From: Dictyostelium discoideum
Lineage: Eukaryota
DNA: 64,000 nucleotides
Assembly (NCBI GenBank): GCA_000004695.1
Contig: CM000152.2
Location: 3,008,001-3,072,000 of the forward strand
Reading direction: 5' to 3'
Numbering within the stretch: the stretch's first letter is position 1; each line of letters begins with the position of its first letter. Below are positions 1-12,988 of this stretch, one piece after another. The notes under the pieces were generated by a model that was given only the letters and a program-made list of their open reading frames with translations, ran no database searches and was not told the DNA's origin. Both the position numbers and the translations under genes were made by a program.

Positions 1-1141
1 TATCTTGTACACTCTTTGCCAAATCCTCAATCTCTTGACTACTCTCTGCAATACCCATATTATCAATCAACCAACGTACACCAGAACCTGCCACAGCTAC
101 ACCACCCTCCAATGCATAAATTGGTGGTGAATCTTTACCAAATTGATAACAAACCGTAGTTAACAACCCATTTCTTGAATGTACTATATCATTACCAGTA
201 TTATATAACAAGAAACAGCCAGTACCATATGTATTTTTAGCTTGACCCTTCTCAAAACACATTTGACCAACCATTGCAGCTTGTTGGTCACCTAAAACAC
301 CTGCAATTGGTATACCATGTAATGGATGCTGCTGCTGCTGCTGCTCATCATCACCCATTGTCACATGACCATATATTTCTGAAGAACTATGAATGTTTGG
401 TAAAATCTCTATTGGTACTTCTAAGAAATCACATAATTCTTTATCCCATGATAAAGTTTTCAAATTCATTAACATGGTTCTACTTGCATTGGTAACATCT
501 GTAATATGACATTTACCACCTGTTAAATTCCAAACCAACCAACTATCAATGGTACCCATTAAACAATCACCACGTCCATATGCCTCTCTAACCGATTCAC
601 AATTGTCAAATAACCATTTCAATTTCAATCCACTAAAATAAGAACTTAATGGTAATCCACATTTTTCACGTAAATAATTCTTACTCTCTAATTTACATTC
701 TCCTTGAGCACCATCAACTACTGTAGTTGATTTACTATTATTATCTATTATATTATTATCATCAATTAATTTCTTTGCTTTATTATTAAAATAGTTTACT
801 AAATCTTTAGTACGTGTATCACACCAAACTATGGCATTGTTTAATGGCTTCGATGTCTTCTTATCCCATACGATAGTTGTCTCCCTTTGATTGGTTATAC
901 CAATTGCTTTAATATCTTCTTTTGTACCAAAATTATTTTCATAGTATTGTTTCATTACAACTTGAATACATTTATTAACAGATTCTAATATTTCATTACC
1001 ATCATGTTCAACCCATCCTGGATGTGGATGATGTTGTGTTAATAATATTTGATGTGATAATACTATATCTCCATTCTTATCGAAAAGTATAAATCTTGTA
1101 CTTGATGTACCTTGATCAATTGCTCCAATATATGGTTTCAT
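1..1141 (-). CDS. Glycerol kinase (FGGY family), N-terminal ~380 aa; 3' end runs off the window
   Basis: Minus-strand ATG at 1141..1139. Translation starts MKPYIGAIDQGTSSTRFILFDKNGD, the classic glycerol-kinase N-terminal ATP motif, and continues ...WLIDNMGIAESSQEIEDLAKSV with no stop or intron inside the window. Missing from the ORF track only because it is open at the window edge. The track ORF 274..495(+) is antisense noise. Confidence 0.9.
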   Translation of the reverse strand, partial: MKPYIGAIDQGTSSTRFILFDKNGDIVLSHQILLTQHHPHPGWVEHDGNEILESVNKCIQVVMKQYYENNFGTKEDIKAIGITNQRETTIVWDKKTSKPLNNAIVWCDTRTKDLVNYFNNKAKKLIDDNNIIDNNSKSTTVVDGAQGECKLESKNYLREKCGLPLSSYFSGLKLKWLFDNCESVREAYGRGDCLMGTIDSWLVWNLTGGKCHITDVTNASRTMLMNLKTLSWDKELCDFLEVPIEILPNIHSSSEIYGHVTMGDDEQQQQQHPLHGIPIAGVLGDQQAAMVGQMCFEKGQAKNTYGTGCFLLYNTGNDIVHSRNGLLTTVCYQFGKDSPPIYALEGGVAVAGSGVRWLIDNMGIAESSQEIEDLAKSVQD

Positions 1142-1654
1142 AAATTCTATTTTATTATTATTATTATTTTTATTTCTAAAAGTTGTTGAAGTACTATTAA
1201 ATCTAAAGCTATTATTGAAAATAAAATTATCAAAAATTAAAAAAGTTTTATTTAAATTATTATTATTATTATTTTTATTATTATTTTTATTATTATTATA
1301 ATTGTCTAATTTAATGGTATTATTGATATTAATATTTTTATTTATTATAAAGTTCCTTTTTTTAATTTGATGTGTAAAATTTCTAAATAATTGATTCATT
1401 AACTTTTTTTTTTTTTTTTTATATCAGGGAAAAAACAAAAAAGTGGAAAAAAAATAAAAAATAAAAAAATAAAAATTAAAAAATTTTAAAAAAAAAAATA
1501 AAATAAAATAATAAAATAACTGAAATTCGGTAAAAAAAAATACAATTATAGATATTTAATAATATCTGTATTGAAAATATTATGTAATCGATTAGTTATT
1601 TTTACAAAATTTTTTTATTTTTTTTTTTATTAACACTTTTTTTCCAAACACTAA

Positions 1655-2347
1655 TTAATAACAACAATTACAATCAAATGGACATTCAGAAGTTTCTATT
1701 TTTTTTTTTTTTTTTTTATGAAAATATAAAAAAAAAAAAAAAAAAAAAAAAAAATTAGTATAAAATTTTAAACATATGTTTAAAAGAATATAAAAAAAAT
1801 ATTTATGAAACATACCACCATCAGCATATGGTTTATTTAAACCTAATTCTTCTTCACTAAAAACTGGTAAACCATCTATTATTTTTCTTTCTTTGAAATT
1901 AACACCTCTACTATCAAAAAAGTCATCTTTATCATCTACATTTTTCTTTTTCTTTGAAATCTTTGTGGTTGCTTCCTCAATTTCTTTTTCTTTTAATTCT
2001 TGTTGTTTAATAACTTTATTTTCTTTTCTTTTTTGTTTTTTTAAATCAAATAATGAATCTAAATCTATATCTTCTGATGCAGGTGATAATGGTTTTTCAT
2101 CTTTTGTTAATTTATTTGATTTTGTTATTTTTGTTTCTGTTTCTGTTGGTGTTGTTGTTGTTGTAGTAGTAGTAGTAGTAGTTTTTGTGGTTCCTTTTTT
2201 TTTTGATTTTAATGTTTCTGATACAGGTGATAATGGTTTTTCATCTTTTGTTAATTTATTTGATTTTGTTATTTTTTTGATTTCTGTTGGTGCACCTTTT
2301 GAAATGGTTTTAGAAACTTTTTTTGCTTGTTCATTTCCTGTGCTCAT
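1655..2347 (-). CDS. Hypothetical low-complexity protein with a poly-Thr tract and a duplicated 20-aa unit (KITKSNKLTKDEKPLSPxSE). Probable GTATGT intron after codon ~177, so the 3' end is uncertain
   Basis: ATG at 2347. Translates MSTGNEQAKKVSK...TTTTTTTTTTTP...RGVNFKERKIIDGLPVFSEEELGLNKPYADGG, followed directly by GTATGTTTCAT (donor at ~1818). The tail of the track ORF (FHKYFFYILL...) is intronic read-through. Acceptor candidates are at ~1700 (aaatag) and ~1653 (aattag), giving a short terminal exon either way. Confidence 0.4.
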   Translation of the reverse strand: MSTGNEQAKKVSKTISKGAPTEIKKITKSNKLTKDEKPLSPVSETLKSKKKGTTKTTTTTTTTTTTPTETETKITKSNKLTKDEKPLSPASEDIDLDSLFDLKKQKRKENKVIKQQELKEKEIEEATTKISKKKKNVDDKDDFFDSRGVNFKERKIIDGLPVFSEEELGLNKPYADGGMFHKYFFYILLNICLKFYTNFFFFFFFFLYFHKKKKKKIETSECPFDCNCCY

Positions 2348-2630
2348 TTTTTTTTTTTTTTTCTGTCCTATTCGATTTTAAGATTGGTTTTTTTTTTTTT
2401 AATTATTTTTTTTTTTTTTTTTTTTTTTTATTTTTTGAAATAATTTAATTACGCCGTTTTAATCGTTCGGCAAATTTTAAAAAATTTATTTTTTTTTTAT
2501 TTTTATTTTTTTTTTACTTTTTTTTTTTTTTACGGAAAAATGGAATTAAAAATAAAAAAAAAAAATAAAAAAAATTAAAACTCGTTGTGTGTGTGTTTGA
2601 AAATAATAAATAAATAAATAAATAAATAAA

Positions 2631-4067
2631 ATGAATATTAAAGAATTAGTATTAAAATTAAATGAAATTGATGCAATTAAATTAGGAGAATTTAAATTAA
2701 AGAGTGGTATTATTTCACCAATTTATATTGATCTTAGAGTTACAGTATCATCACCACCATTGTTAGCAGCAATTGCAGAGATGATGTATCAAAAGGTTTA
2801 TAAATCTGGTAATGCACAAGAGACACCAGCATTAGTATGTGGTGTACCATATACAGCATTACCAATTGCAACAGGTATGTCAATTGCCAACAATATTCCA
2901 ATGGTAGTACGTAGAAAAGAAGCCAAAGCATATGGTACCAAACAATTGATTGAAGGTCGTTTCAAAGAGGGTGACAATGTATTGGTTGTTGAAGATTTAG
3001 TAACAAGTGGTGCAAGTGTACTTGAAACAGTTAGAGATTTAAATTCAGTTGGTTTAAAAGTTACAGACGTAGTCGTGTTATTAGATCGTCAACAAGGTGC
3101 CAGACAAGCACTTGAGAAACAAGGCTACCGTCTTCACTCAGTCTTTACAATGGAAGAGTTAATCAACACCTTAATCGAAGCTGGTAAATTAACCGGCCGT
3201 ACTTTAGAGTTGGTTCAATCATTCTTAGACGCCAATCGTAATGTAGTAGTACCATTACCACCAACCCTTGCCCCACCAGCACCAGCACCAATTGTTATTA
3301 ATAAACCATTTGAAGAGAGAGCTAAACTTGCATCAAATCCAATGGCATCTAAATTATTCACATTAATGTCAAGCAAGAAGACCAATCTTGCAGTTGCAGC
3401 TGATTTAACTGATAAACAACAACTTTTAGATTTAGCAGAATCAATTGGTTCAGAAATTTGTGTTTTGAAGACCCATGTTGATATCATTGATAATTATGAT
3501 GAAGAGTTTATTAAATCATTGAAATGCATAGCAGCAAAACATAATTTCTTGATTTTTGAAGATAGAAAATTCGCAGATATTGGAAACACTGTGAAATATC
3601 AATTTGAGAATGGTGTTTATAAAATCTCAAAATGGGCAGACATGGTCACCGTACATGGTGTCGCAGGTTCATCCATTGTCGATGGTTTCAAATCAGGTTT
3701 GAAAGAGTATGGTTCAGGTTTATTATTATTGGCTCAAATGTCATCAAAAGGTTCTTTGTGTGTTGGTGATTATACAACTCAAATGATTGAAATGGCAAAT
3801 AATAACAAAGAGGAGGTTATGGGTTTAATTTGTCAAGAACGATTACCATCAATGACTGATGGTTTGGTTTTAATGACTCCAGGTGTTCAATTCAATTCAA
3901 CTGGTGATGCTATGGGTCAACAATATAATACTCCAGAATATATCATTAAAGAAAAGAATACTGATGTTATCATTGTTGGTAGAGGTATTTATCAAAGTAA
4001 TGATCCAAAATCTGTTGCAAATAAATATAGAACTGCTGCTTGGGAAACTTATCAATCAAAATTTTAA
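2631..4067 (+). CDS. pyr56: UMP synthase: bifunctional orotate phosphoribosyltransferase plus orotidine-5'-phosphate decarboxylase
   Basis: Single 478-aa ORF. N-terminal half is an OPRTase fold with the PRPP motif ([18 protein letters not shown]). C-terminal half is ODCase ([34 protein letters not shown]...[13 protein letters not shown]...IIVGRGI). Domain order matches Dictyostelium pyr5-6. Confidence 0.95.
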
Positions 4068-4280
4068 ATTAAAAAAATAAATAAATAAATAAATAAATAA
4101 AAATAAAACAAAATTAAAAAAAAAAAATCTCTGGAAAAAAAAAAAAAAAAAATCTCTGGAAAAAAAAAAAAAAAAACCAGTCGAATGACTTTCAGACCAA
4201 AAAAAAAACCTTTTTTTGATATTTTTTTTTTTTTAAAAAAATGTATTCGAAACTGGTTGCATAATGATGACAAAAATGTC

Positions 4281-4311
<31 letters not shown>

Positions 4312-4332
4312 AACTTTTTTTTTATTTTATAT

Positions 4333-4334
<2 letters not shown>

Positions 4335-4387
<53 letters not shown>
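4335..4387. repeat. poly(T) ~53 homopolymer; the pyr56-glucosidase spacer (4100..4830) is almost entirely homopolymer and (A5-7T)n microsatellite
   Basis: Direct reading of the sequence. Confidence 0.9.
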
Positions 4388-4863
4388 CTTCATATCTTAT
4401 CTTACTTTCATTCTTTTTTTTTTTTTTTTTTTTATCATTTTCAAATTTTAATTTTCGAATAATTTTTTCAAATTCATATATTAAATTCAAATAATTCGAG
4501 TCTTTATCTACCAGCCGGAAAAAAAAAAAAATAAAAAATAAAAAATAAAAAATAAAAAATAAAAAAAAAAAAATAAAAATAAAAAAAATAAAAATAAAAA
4601 TAAAAAACACATTAAAGTTTTTTTATTGATTTCACAAACCCGCGCCTCAAGTGTTTCATCATTAAATTTTTATTTTTATTTTTATTTTTTTCAAATTCAA
4701 AAAAAAATAAAAAAATAAAAAATAAAAAAAATAAAAAATAAAAAAAATAAAAAAAAAGTTTTTTGTGAAAAAAAAAAAAAAAAAAAAAAATAAAATAAAA
4801 AAACAAAAAGGTTAATCATCTTAATGTGTCATTTAGTGAAAATATAAAAAACCAAATTATAGA

Positions 4864-5560
4864 ATGAAAAAAATTAATATAATAACATCATCTTTATTAT
4901 TATTAATTTTAATTACATTTTCATCATTAATTAAATCAGATGAAACAACAACAGTGGAGAGTGAAAGAGATGAATCAACAAAAAAAAAAACAGAATCATT
5001 AGATCAAATTCCTATAGGGTTAAATGGTTTAAATGATACATTATACTGGGGTACCTATAGACCTCATACTTATTTTGGTATGAAATCAAGATCAACTTTA
5101 CCAATTAATACAGGTTTAATTTGGTCAACACCAAATATTGGAATGGGAACCTATAATAAATTTCATTATAAAGTAGTTCAAGGTGGTGATAATGGTATCA
5201 AAAGTTATACATGGACAAAACATGATGGTAAAAACTTTGGTTCTCAAGAAATTATTGATGTTCAAGGTCATTTAAATTTAACAACTTCATTTATTAAAAA
5301 TTCTGGTCAAAAAGGTAAAAAAAAAAAAAAAAAAATATTTCCAATTTTATTTTTTTAATTTTCAAAATAATCCAATTCCAATACTAATAATATAACAATT
5401 TCTATATAATTTTTAAAAGGTGGTGATTGGTCAGTTAGAATTAGTGGTAAATCAAATTATACAAATAAAGGAGGAGTACCATTGGTCTCATTAATTTATT
5501 ATATACATGATGAAAGTTTAAAGAAATCATCAGAAAATGGATTAAATATTAATATAGCAG

Positions 5561-5650
<90 letters not shown>

Positions 5651-6030
5651 TACATATAAAAGGTGAACATCCAGAAATTGGAAAATACACTTTACATTTT
5701 AAAGATATAAAATCATCAAATGATAATGATGATAATAATAATAATAATTGTTTAGAAGAAATGAGAAAAGAAGAATATAATTTAGTAGATAGTCAAAAAG
5801 ATTTATGTGATTGGAGATTCTATGGTTCATCAAACTATGATTTAAATTCAAATTGGAATGTTTTTAATAATATTTTTGACCAAGATTTTAATCAACACAA
5901 TGAAGCTGTCTTCCGTACTTGGCATACTCAAAGATTTAAACATTTTATTCCAACTTTACCAAATAAACTTAAACAAAATTCAAATGTTATTGCAGTTCAA
6001 AGAGTTTTAACTGTACCATTTAATGTAAAG

Positions 6031-6061
<31 letters not shown>

Positions 6062-7761
6062 GATATATATAAATATATGTACTAATTTTTATTTTTTATT
6101 TTTATATAGATTGAAATTTCATTTATTTCACATGAATTTCATAATGAAAAAGAATTATCAGAAGAAAAAGTTGAAGAAATTGTTAAATCAATTTTAACAG
6201 GTTCAGAATTTGATAAAACATATTCAAAATTTGAAAAACAATTTGATGATAAATTTAATAAGAAATTCCTTGGTGAAAAATTAAAAAAACATAAACCAGA
6301 AATTTATAAAGTATCAAAAGAGTCACTAAGTAATTTATTAGGTGGTTTCGGTTATTGGTATGGTAGTGGTATTACAAAGAAATCTTTAAAATCTGATAAA
6401 ATTATTAAATCTAAACCAGTTGTAAGTTTAATATTTATTATAAATTAATCAATATATATTAATATATTAATATATTAATTATTTTTATTATTTTAAAAAA
6501 ACAAAATAAAATTAAAAAAAAGGCATTATTTTCAGCAACACCATCAAGACCAGCATTTCCAAGAGGATTTTTATGGGATGAAGGATTTCAACAATTATTA
6601 GCATCAACATTTGATGTTGAATTAACAATTGAATCATTATCACATTGGTTAAATATTATGGATGAAAATGGTTGGATACCAAGAGAACAAATTCTTGGAC
6701 TTGAAGCAGCATCAATGGTACCAGAGGAATTTAGATTACAATTACCAAATATTGCAAATCCACCATCAATCATATTAGCAATTAATAAATTATTAGAGAT
6801 TTCACAAGCATATAAAGAGAGAACAACAACTAATAATAATAATAATAATAATGTTGATAGTAATAATTTTAAAATTAATATGATTAGAGATCTTTCAGTT
6901 ATTATTGAAAATAATAAAGAGTATGATTCAATTCAAAGATTTTTACATTCAGCATTACCAAGAATTGAAAGATTTTATCAATATTATTGGAATACTCAAT
7001 CATCAGGTTTAATTGAAAATTCATTCCGTTGGAGAGGTAGAAAGGTTAATCATACATTGGCATCTGGATTAGATGATTATCCAAGAGCATTGGAACCATC
7101 GACTTCAGAGATACATGTGGATTTAAATAGTTGGGTTGCTTTCTTTGCAAAATCATTATCAACTCTTACAAAATATTTAGGTGGTAGTGATAATAAGAAT
7201 CAAGAGAAATCTGAACTTTATTTCAAACAATTTACATTGATTCGATCAAATATTGAGCAAATGCATTGGGATGAGGAAGAGAATCTTTTCCATGACATTT
7301 TAATTCACAAGAATGGTAGTAAACAGTTTATTAGAACTTATGGTTACATGAATTATTTCCCAATGTTATTGGGTGTGTTGGATGTTGATTCTGCAAAACT
7401 TTCACCACTCTTAACCACTCTCAAAGATGTTAATGGAATTTGGTCAAGATGGGGTATTCGTTCAATGTCTTTAAAGGATAAGAATTTCGGTACTCATGAA
7501 AACTATTGGAAAGGTCCAATTTGGATCAATATCAATTATCTCTTTGTTCATTCTATGAATAAATTCTATACAAAAACTCCTTCAATCAATGAATGTTATC
7601 AAACACTCAGATTCAATCTCATCAATAACATTGGTAATATTTACTCTGAAACTGGTAATATCTATGAACAATATGATCCAATAACTGGTTTAGGTACAAG
7701 AAATCGTCCATTTAATGGTTGGACTGCTTTAGTTTCTTTAATTTCTTCTGAACAATATTAA
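4864..7761 (+). CDS. Mannosyl-oligosaccharide glucosidase (processing alpha-glucosidase I, GH63), 4 exons, with an in-frame poly-Asn insert
   Basis: Exons 4864..5314, 5420..6024, 6110..6421, 6523..7761; donors GTAAAA/GTAAAG/GTAAGT and acceptors ...AAAAG/TATAG/AAAAG. Signal peptide MKKINIITSSLLLLILITFSSLIKS. GH63 catalytic-domain motifs: GFLWDEGFQQLL, HWLNIMDENGWIPREQILG, GLDDYPRA, GPIWININYLFVHS, YEQYDPITGLGTRNRPFNGWTALV. Confidence 0.85.
5562..5650. repeat. (AAT)~29, coding poly-Asn inside exon 2 of the glucosidase I gene
   Basis: Uninterrupted AAT run, in frame with flanking GH63 coding sequence. Confidence 0.9.
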
Positions 7762-7955
7762 AAAAAAAAAAAAAATTTTAAAAAAAATAAAAATAAAAAA
7801 AAGAAAAAAAAATAAAAAATAAAAATAGTAATAATAAAAAAAAAAATAAATAAATAAAATATATATATTTAATTAATTTTTATTTTCTTTGTTTTTTTTT
7901 TACCATATTCCATTATTGAATAGATTGATAAATTTTTTTTTATTTTTTTTATTTT

Positions 7956-9596
7956 TTAATACTTTTTCTTTTTATGAACTTTTTTAATAACTTTTCTTTT
8001 ATTTATATCAATTGAACCTTCAGAATCACCAGAATGTCTATCAGAAGAACTTGAATAATTTTTATCTTTTAATTCATTTGTTGCAATTCTATGAGCTTCT
8101 TGAACTCTTTCTAAAAAGATTAAAACTGTTTCTTCTTGACATGGGAAAGAATCCAACTTTTTCTTTAAAACAAATTCAATACGTTGATACATTTCAACAT
8201 CGTATTGAGTGACGATAGTGATGGCACGACCAGAATTACCAGCACGAGCAGTTCTACCAACTCTGTGAACGTACTCTTTTGAATTGGTTGGTACATCATA
8301 ATTGATGACTAAATCAACTGATGGGATATCTAAACCTCTAGCAGCAACATCGGTTGCCACTAGAATTGATTTTGTACCTTGTTTAAATTTATTTAAAGAT
8401 GCTAAACGTTTACCTTGATCCATATCACCATTGATTGGAATTGCACCAAATCCTAAATTTCTTAACATCATTGCAATCTTTGTGGATGATGCGCAAGTCG
8501 ATGTGAAAATAATGGTTAAATTACCCGCCAATTCATTTAAAATGTATGCTAAATAACAATCTTTATATTTAAATGGTACGAAAAGGTATTGTTGAAGTAA
8601 TGTATCTACAGTTTGATATTTTGATGCAACTTGAACTTTCACTGGATTAACCAATGATGCTCTTTGAAGTTTTGCAACTTTTGATGTCATTGTAGCAGAG
8701 AAAAGGTATGTGTTTCTCTCTTTTGGTATCACTTTTAGAATGTTGTTAACTTCCTCTTCGAAATCTGCAGAGAATAAACGATCGGCTTCATCCATAATAA
8801 AGTATTTAATAGAACGTAAATTGAAACCTTTTGTATGCTCCAAATGATGTAAAACTCTACCTGGTGAACCTACGACCACATGTGGTTTCTTTGCCAATGC
8901 CAATGATTGTGACATTGAATCAATACCACCAACTAATACACAAGTTTTCACACCAATCGTTGAACCGATTGCATTGAATTGATCGGCAATTTGATATGCT
9001 AATTCTCTAGTGGGTGCCAATGCTAAACAGAATAAACCTTGTGGTGCTTCCAATAGCTTTTGTAATACTGGAATTACGAATGCTGCTGTTTTACCAGAAC
9101 CAGTTTGTGCCAACCCAATAATATCTCTACCTTTTAATGCCCATGGAATAGATTCCCTTTGAATCTCTTTTGGTTTATTAAATCCTAATTTATTACATGC
9201 ATCAATAATTTGTGGGTGAACTCCCAATGATTCAAATGTAACATTCTCATATTTCTTTTCCTCTTCTTCTGATTTCTTTTGATTTGTATTATTTATAAAT
9301 TCTTCAATCTCTTTTTCTTCTTCTTCTTTTTCTAATAATGAATCTTCATCTAATTCTTCATTTTTAATTTCTTTTTTAATTTCTTTTTTAATTTCTTCTT
9401 TAACTTCTTCTTCTTCTTCTTCTTTAACTTCTTTTTCCTCTTGTTTTTTAATTACTTTTTTTACAATTTGTTTTGGTTTTTCTGTCAATGTCGATTTCTT
9501 TGGTGCTGCTGCTATTGATGTTGTAGTTGTTTTTTTTACAACTGCACTACCATTACTTTTTAATGTTGGTTTTTTTTTTATGTCTGTGATTGCCAT
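7956..9596 (-). CDS. ddx47: ATP-dependent DEAD-box RNA helicase, DDX47/Rrp3 orthologue
   Basis: Single 546-aa ORF. Q-motif and motif I ([13 protein letters not shown]), Ia (PTRELA), DEAD box (MDEADRL), SAT (LFSATMT), motif VI ([10 protein letters not shown]). N-terminal acidic/lysine-rich extension and C-terminal basic tail typical of Rrp3/DDX47. Confidence 0.9.
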
Positions 9597-10895
9597 TGTT
9601 TTATATTAATAAATAAAAAAAAAAATAAAAAATAAATAAAAAAAAAAAATTTCTCGTTTCATTCGGTTTTTAATTTTTTTTTTTTTTTTTTATTTTTTTT
9701 TTTATTTTTTTATTTTTTTTTTTTTTATTTTTTTATAATTTTTTTAAATAAACATGGATGTGAACAAAAATAGTTTAAGTTAAAATTAAATTGATAATCA
9801 AAACCAAAATAAAATAAAATAATAATAAATTTAAAGGAATTTAAAAAAGAAATAATTAAATATTGATGAAATTATTATTACATATATTAAAGATTAAAGA
9901 GAATCAATTAACAAACTTGGAATAAATTGAAAATGGATGTCCACCTTCAAAAAATTATTCGCTTCACAAAAAAGGAATTAAAATAAAAATAAAATAAAAA
10001 TAAAAATAAAAATAAATAATTGTTCCAATTTTCAAAAAAAAGTTATTAAATGCTCAGGTCATGGTCATTTTCAAGGTGAAACATACAATAAACAAATTAT
10101 ATCTTCCACATTTGTCATTTAAAAATGAAAAAATGTGAAAATCACTGACCAAGTTAGAAGCTACCAAAGTTCAGTTGGCCTTAGCTACAGTTCATCTGTT
10201 GGAATTGCAATTGGAAGTTGCCATTCACTATGCCATTAACTAAACTAATTAATTAATTAATTCAACCAAGGAAATTATTTCCTTCGTCATTTCAAATTGT
10301 ATCAATAAAAAAAATAAATAAATATTACCAATGTAAAATTGTTTAAATTAAATTCAAAAAATAAAAAACACTAAATGGTGTTTTTTATTATTTTTTTTGT
10401 TGGAGCATTAATAAAATTCGTCTTTAGACTTTGATGCCTAAGGTGAATATTTGCAAACAGAGCTCTCACTCCTGCTTTCAATTTTTTTTTTTTTAATTTT
10501 TTTTTTTTTTAAATTAAATTTGTTTAGAAACAAAATGAAAAAAGATTTATTATTTTTCGCACAATAATACATGAAGGGATCATTAACATCAAAACTTGGT
10601 TAGGTTTAATAATATTAGAGGGGTGATTGTAATAGAAATATATGAATAATTAAAAGAATAGGATATTTTGAACAGTTTAGATAAAAAAAATTTAAATAAC
10701 TATTAGTCTGGGAAATCATTGTAGAATTTAAATTTTCACTCTATTACTAAATTTTTTTTTTCAATATTCAAAGAATCAATTGTAAATTTTCAAAGTAATA
10801 GATTGGAAAAAAAAAACGATAAAATTATAAAAAAGAGTGATATTTATGAACTTCCAATTATTTTTTTATTTTAAGATTTAACAGAATTTTTTTTT

Positions 10896-12988
10896 TTAAT
10901 TTTCAGACATTGGTTTTAATTTTGCTGAAAATGTTTTCATTTGTTTAGCAATGACCTTCTTTTTATATATTGTAACAATAGTAGCAAAAGTTATTGCAAT
11001 AGCAGCAACAGAACAACCAACGATAATTCCAGCCAATTGTGCTTTTGATAATCCAGATGATGGTTTTGGTGAGCATATTGAATTTTCATTATCATTTGTT
11101 GTTGATGGATTTGAATTGAGAAGTAATGAGAAATCTGGATCAATTATTACATTTTTGTTATAGATTGGTACATTAATACCAATAAATGATTGAGATGTGT
11201 GCGAATCACTAATTGCACCTAATGATTTATCTAATAATTCATTTGAAATTGTAATTGGAACTGAATCAACCAATGCTCTTTTAATTAATCTACCATATAA
11301 ACTTTTATTTGATATTGATAATTTAATAAAATCTGAACCTTGACTCGTTGTGCTATCAAATTCTTTATTTGAACATGAATCTGAATCTGAATTAATTATA
11401 GCAGTTGCTGATAAAATTAATTGCAATTGGCTCAATCTAGTTGAAAATGGATATTTCTCAATATAAATTGTATATTTAATTGATGATGGTTTCATTTTAA
11501 TTTCTTGACCTGCAAATTCAATTTTTCTTTCATTTTCAAAGTATTCAATACTAACTGAAATTGGTGTTGTTGTTCCATTTTTATTTATAATATTGGATGA
11601 ATATGTTGATAATTTAGAATTATTTGAAATATAATCCCATTTATCAAATGAATACATATGTAAAACTTTATTATTATAATCGATCTCTCTAATTGCTACA
11701 ACACTTACTAAAGCAACAATGCTTGATTCTGAATTGTCTGATGTACCATTTAATATAATTGTTGGAGATGTATTATTGAATTCTGGTTGAGGCACAACAA
11801 TAACTTTAGAATTACAATCTACACCAACCCATGGAGAATTACAAATACAACCTAATACATCATCGCAGGTACCCTGGGTTGGACCACCACAAATTGGTGT
11901 ACCTCTACATTTGGATGTTAAAATTGGTCTAAAGTATTTAATTCTGTATGGTGTGATTGTGTACATGTTTGATCTTGAATTTCCATTTTTAATTGAAATT
12001 GTAAATGGATCATTTGATGGTTTTACATCATCGACTTTAATAATTGAACCAGATTTCTTTGAAGGTGTTAATGAATAACCTTGACTGAATTCAACATTAA
12101 AATCACCATTTATTGGGAATTTACCATATATCAATAATGAACCACCTTCTGTTGATATTAGACTTGTACCTGTAATTAATCCAGGACTCTGAGAATCCAT
12201 TACAGTGAAGCTTGTTTCAATTAAAAATGGATATCCCATGGTTCTTAATGTAGGCGATGAGTAACCAAAGTATTCACCAAATCCAATTAAACCATAAAGA
12301 TTAACCATAATATCTTGTGGTAATCCAAATCCATACGGTATTGTTAATGTACATTTGTATTGGTTGAATGTTGAATTTACTTGTGTCGTAATTACATCAT
12401 TACATTTAATTTTTTGGAAAGTTGCACTTGTTAAATAAACAATTGGATATTCTTTAATACCTGATCCAATTGAAATTTCATATGTAAATGTTACATCTCT
12501 ATTTAATGATCCAACATTAATACTTTTTGGTTCAAAATCAAATGATTTTAATTCTGGTTGAGTGAAAACACCACCTGGACATTCAGTTTCAATTGAGAAA
12601 AAACTTTTATCTTTAATTGGATATAATGGATTGATATTTGGAGTATAATCTATAGCTTTATTCATAAAGAAAGTTGAATTTAAACCATATCTATCATACA
12701 ATACCATTTCTGCAATTGAGTATGTTTGAGACGTACATGTATTATTATTTAATGTTATATTGATTTGATATGTAAGTTCATTTGAATATTCAATTGGTGA
12801 AACAATTGAAACATTATAAAGAATATTATCAATTGAACCAATAACAACAACATAACCATTATTGAAACCTGAATAATCATTAATTGTAACTACCCAACTA
12901 ATATTATAATTTTCATTATCTATTAATGCCACACCTAAACTTGGATTTTTATTCATTGTTGTTACAATTGGTCCCATTAAATCAATAC
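10896..12988 (-). CDS. Terminal (largest) exon of tgr-like paralog 1
   Basis: Acceptor TTTTAG at 12990..12989, then open frame to TAA at 10896. Contains the IPT-like, EGF and TM segments. Confidence 0.7.

Noticed and set aside
274-495. + strand 73-aa ORF (TTG start) containing AAAAAHHH
   Set aside because: Antisense to the glycerol kinase coding sequence, which reads cleanly on the minus strand. GCT-rich codons here mirror the QQQQQ/HPLHGIP segment of glpK.
1654-1818. Second exon of the 1655..2347 gene
   Set aside because: Two acceptor candidates (aaatag at ~1700, aattag at ~1653) give different 13-19-aa tails. Cannot be chosen without transcript data, so left unannotated.
1893-2381. + strand 162-aa ORF (poly-F/poly-V)
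   Set aside because: Antisense of the low-complexity minus-strand gene. Composition driven by homopolymer and poly-Thr codons on the opposite strand.
4064-4806. Several 60-90-aa ORFs made of poly-F / poly-K
   Set aside because: Translations of poly(T)/poly(A) and (A6T)n intergenic microsatellites, with no codon structure.
5560-5650. Regularly spaced identical AAT units; briefly considered as a CRISPR-like array
   Set aside because: Period of 3 with no spacers. It is a coding microsatellite in a eukaryotic gene, and no CRISPR repeats occur anywhere in the window.
10020-10100. Short ORF-like string CSGHGHFQGETYNKQIISSTFVI
   Set aside because: No start codon context, 23 codons only. More likely part of the GC-enriched candidate ncRNA island than a peptide.
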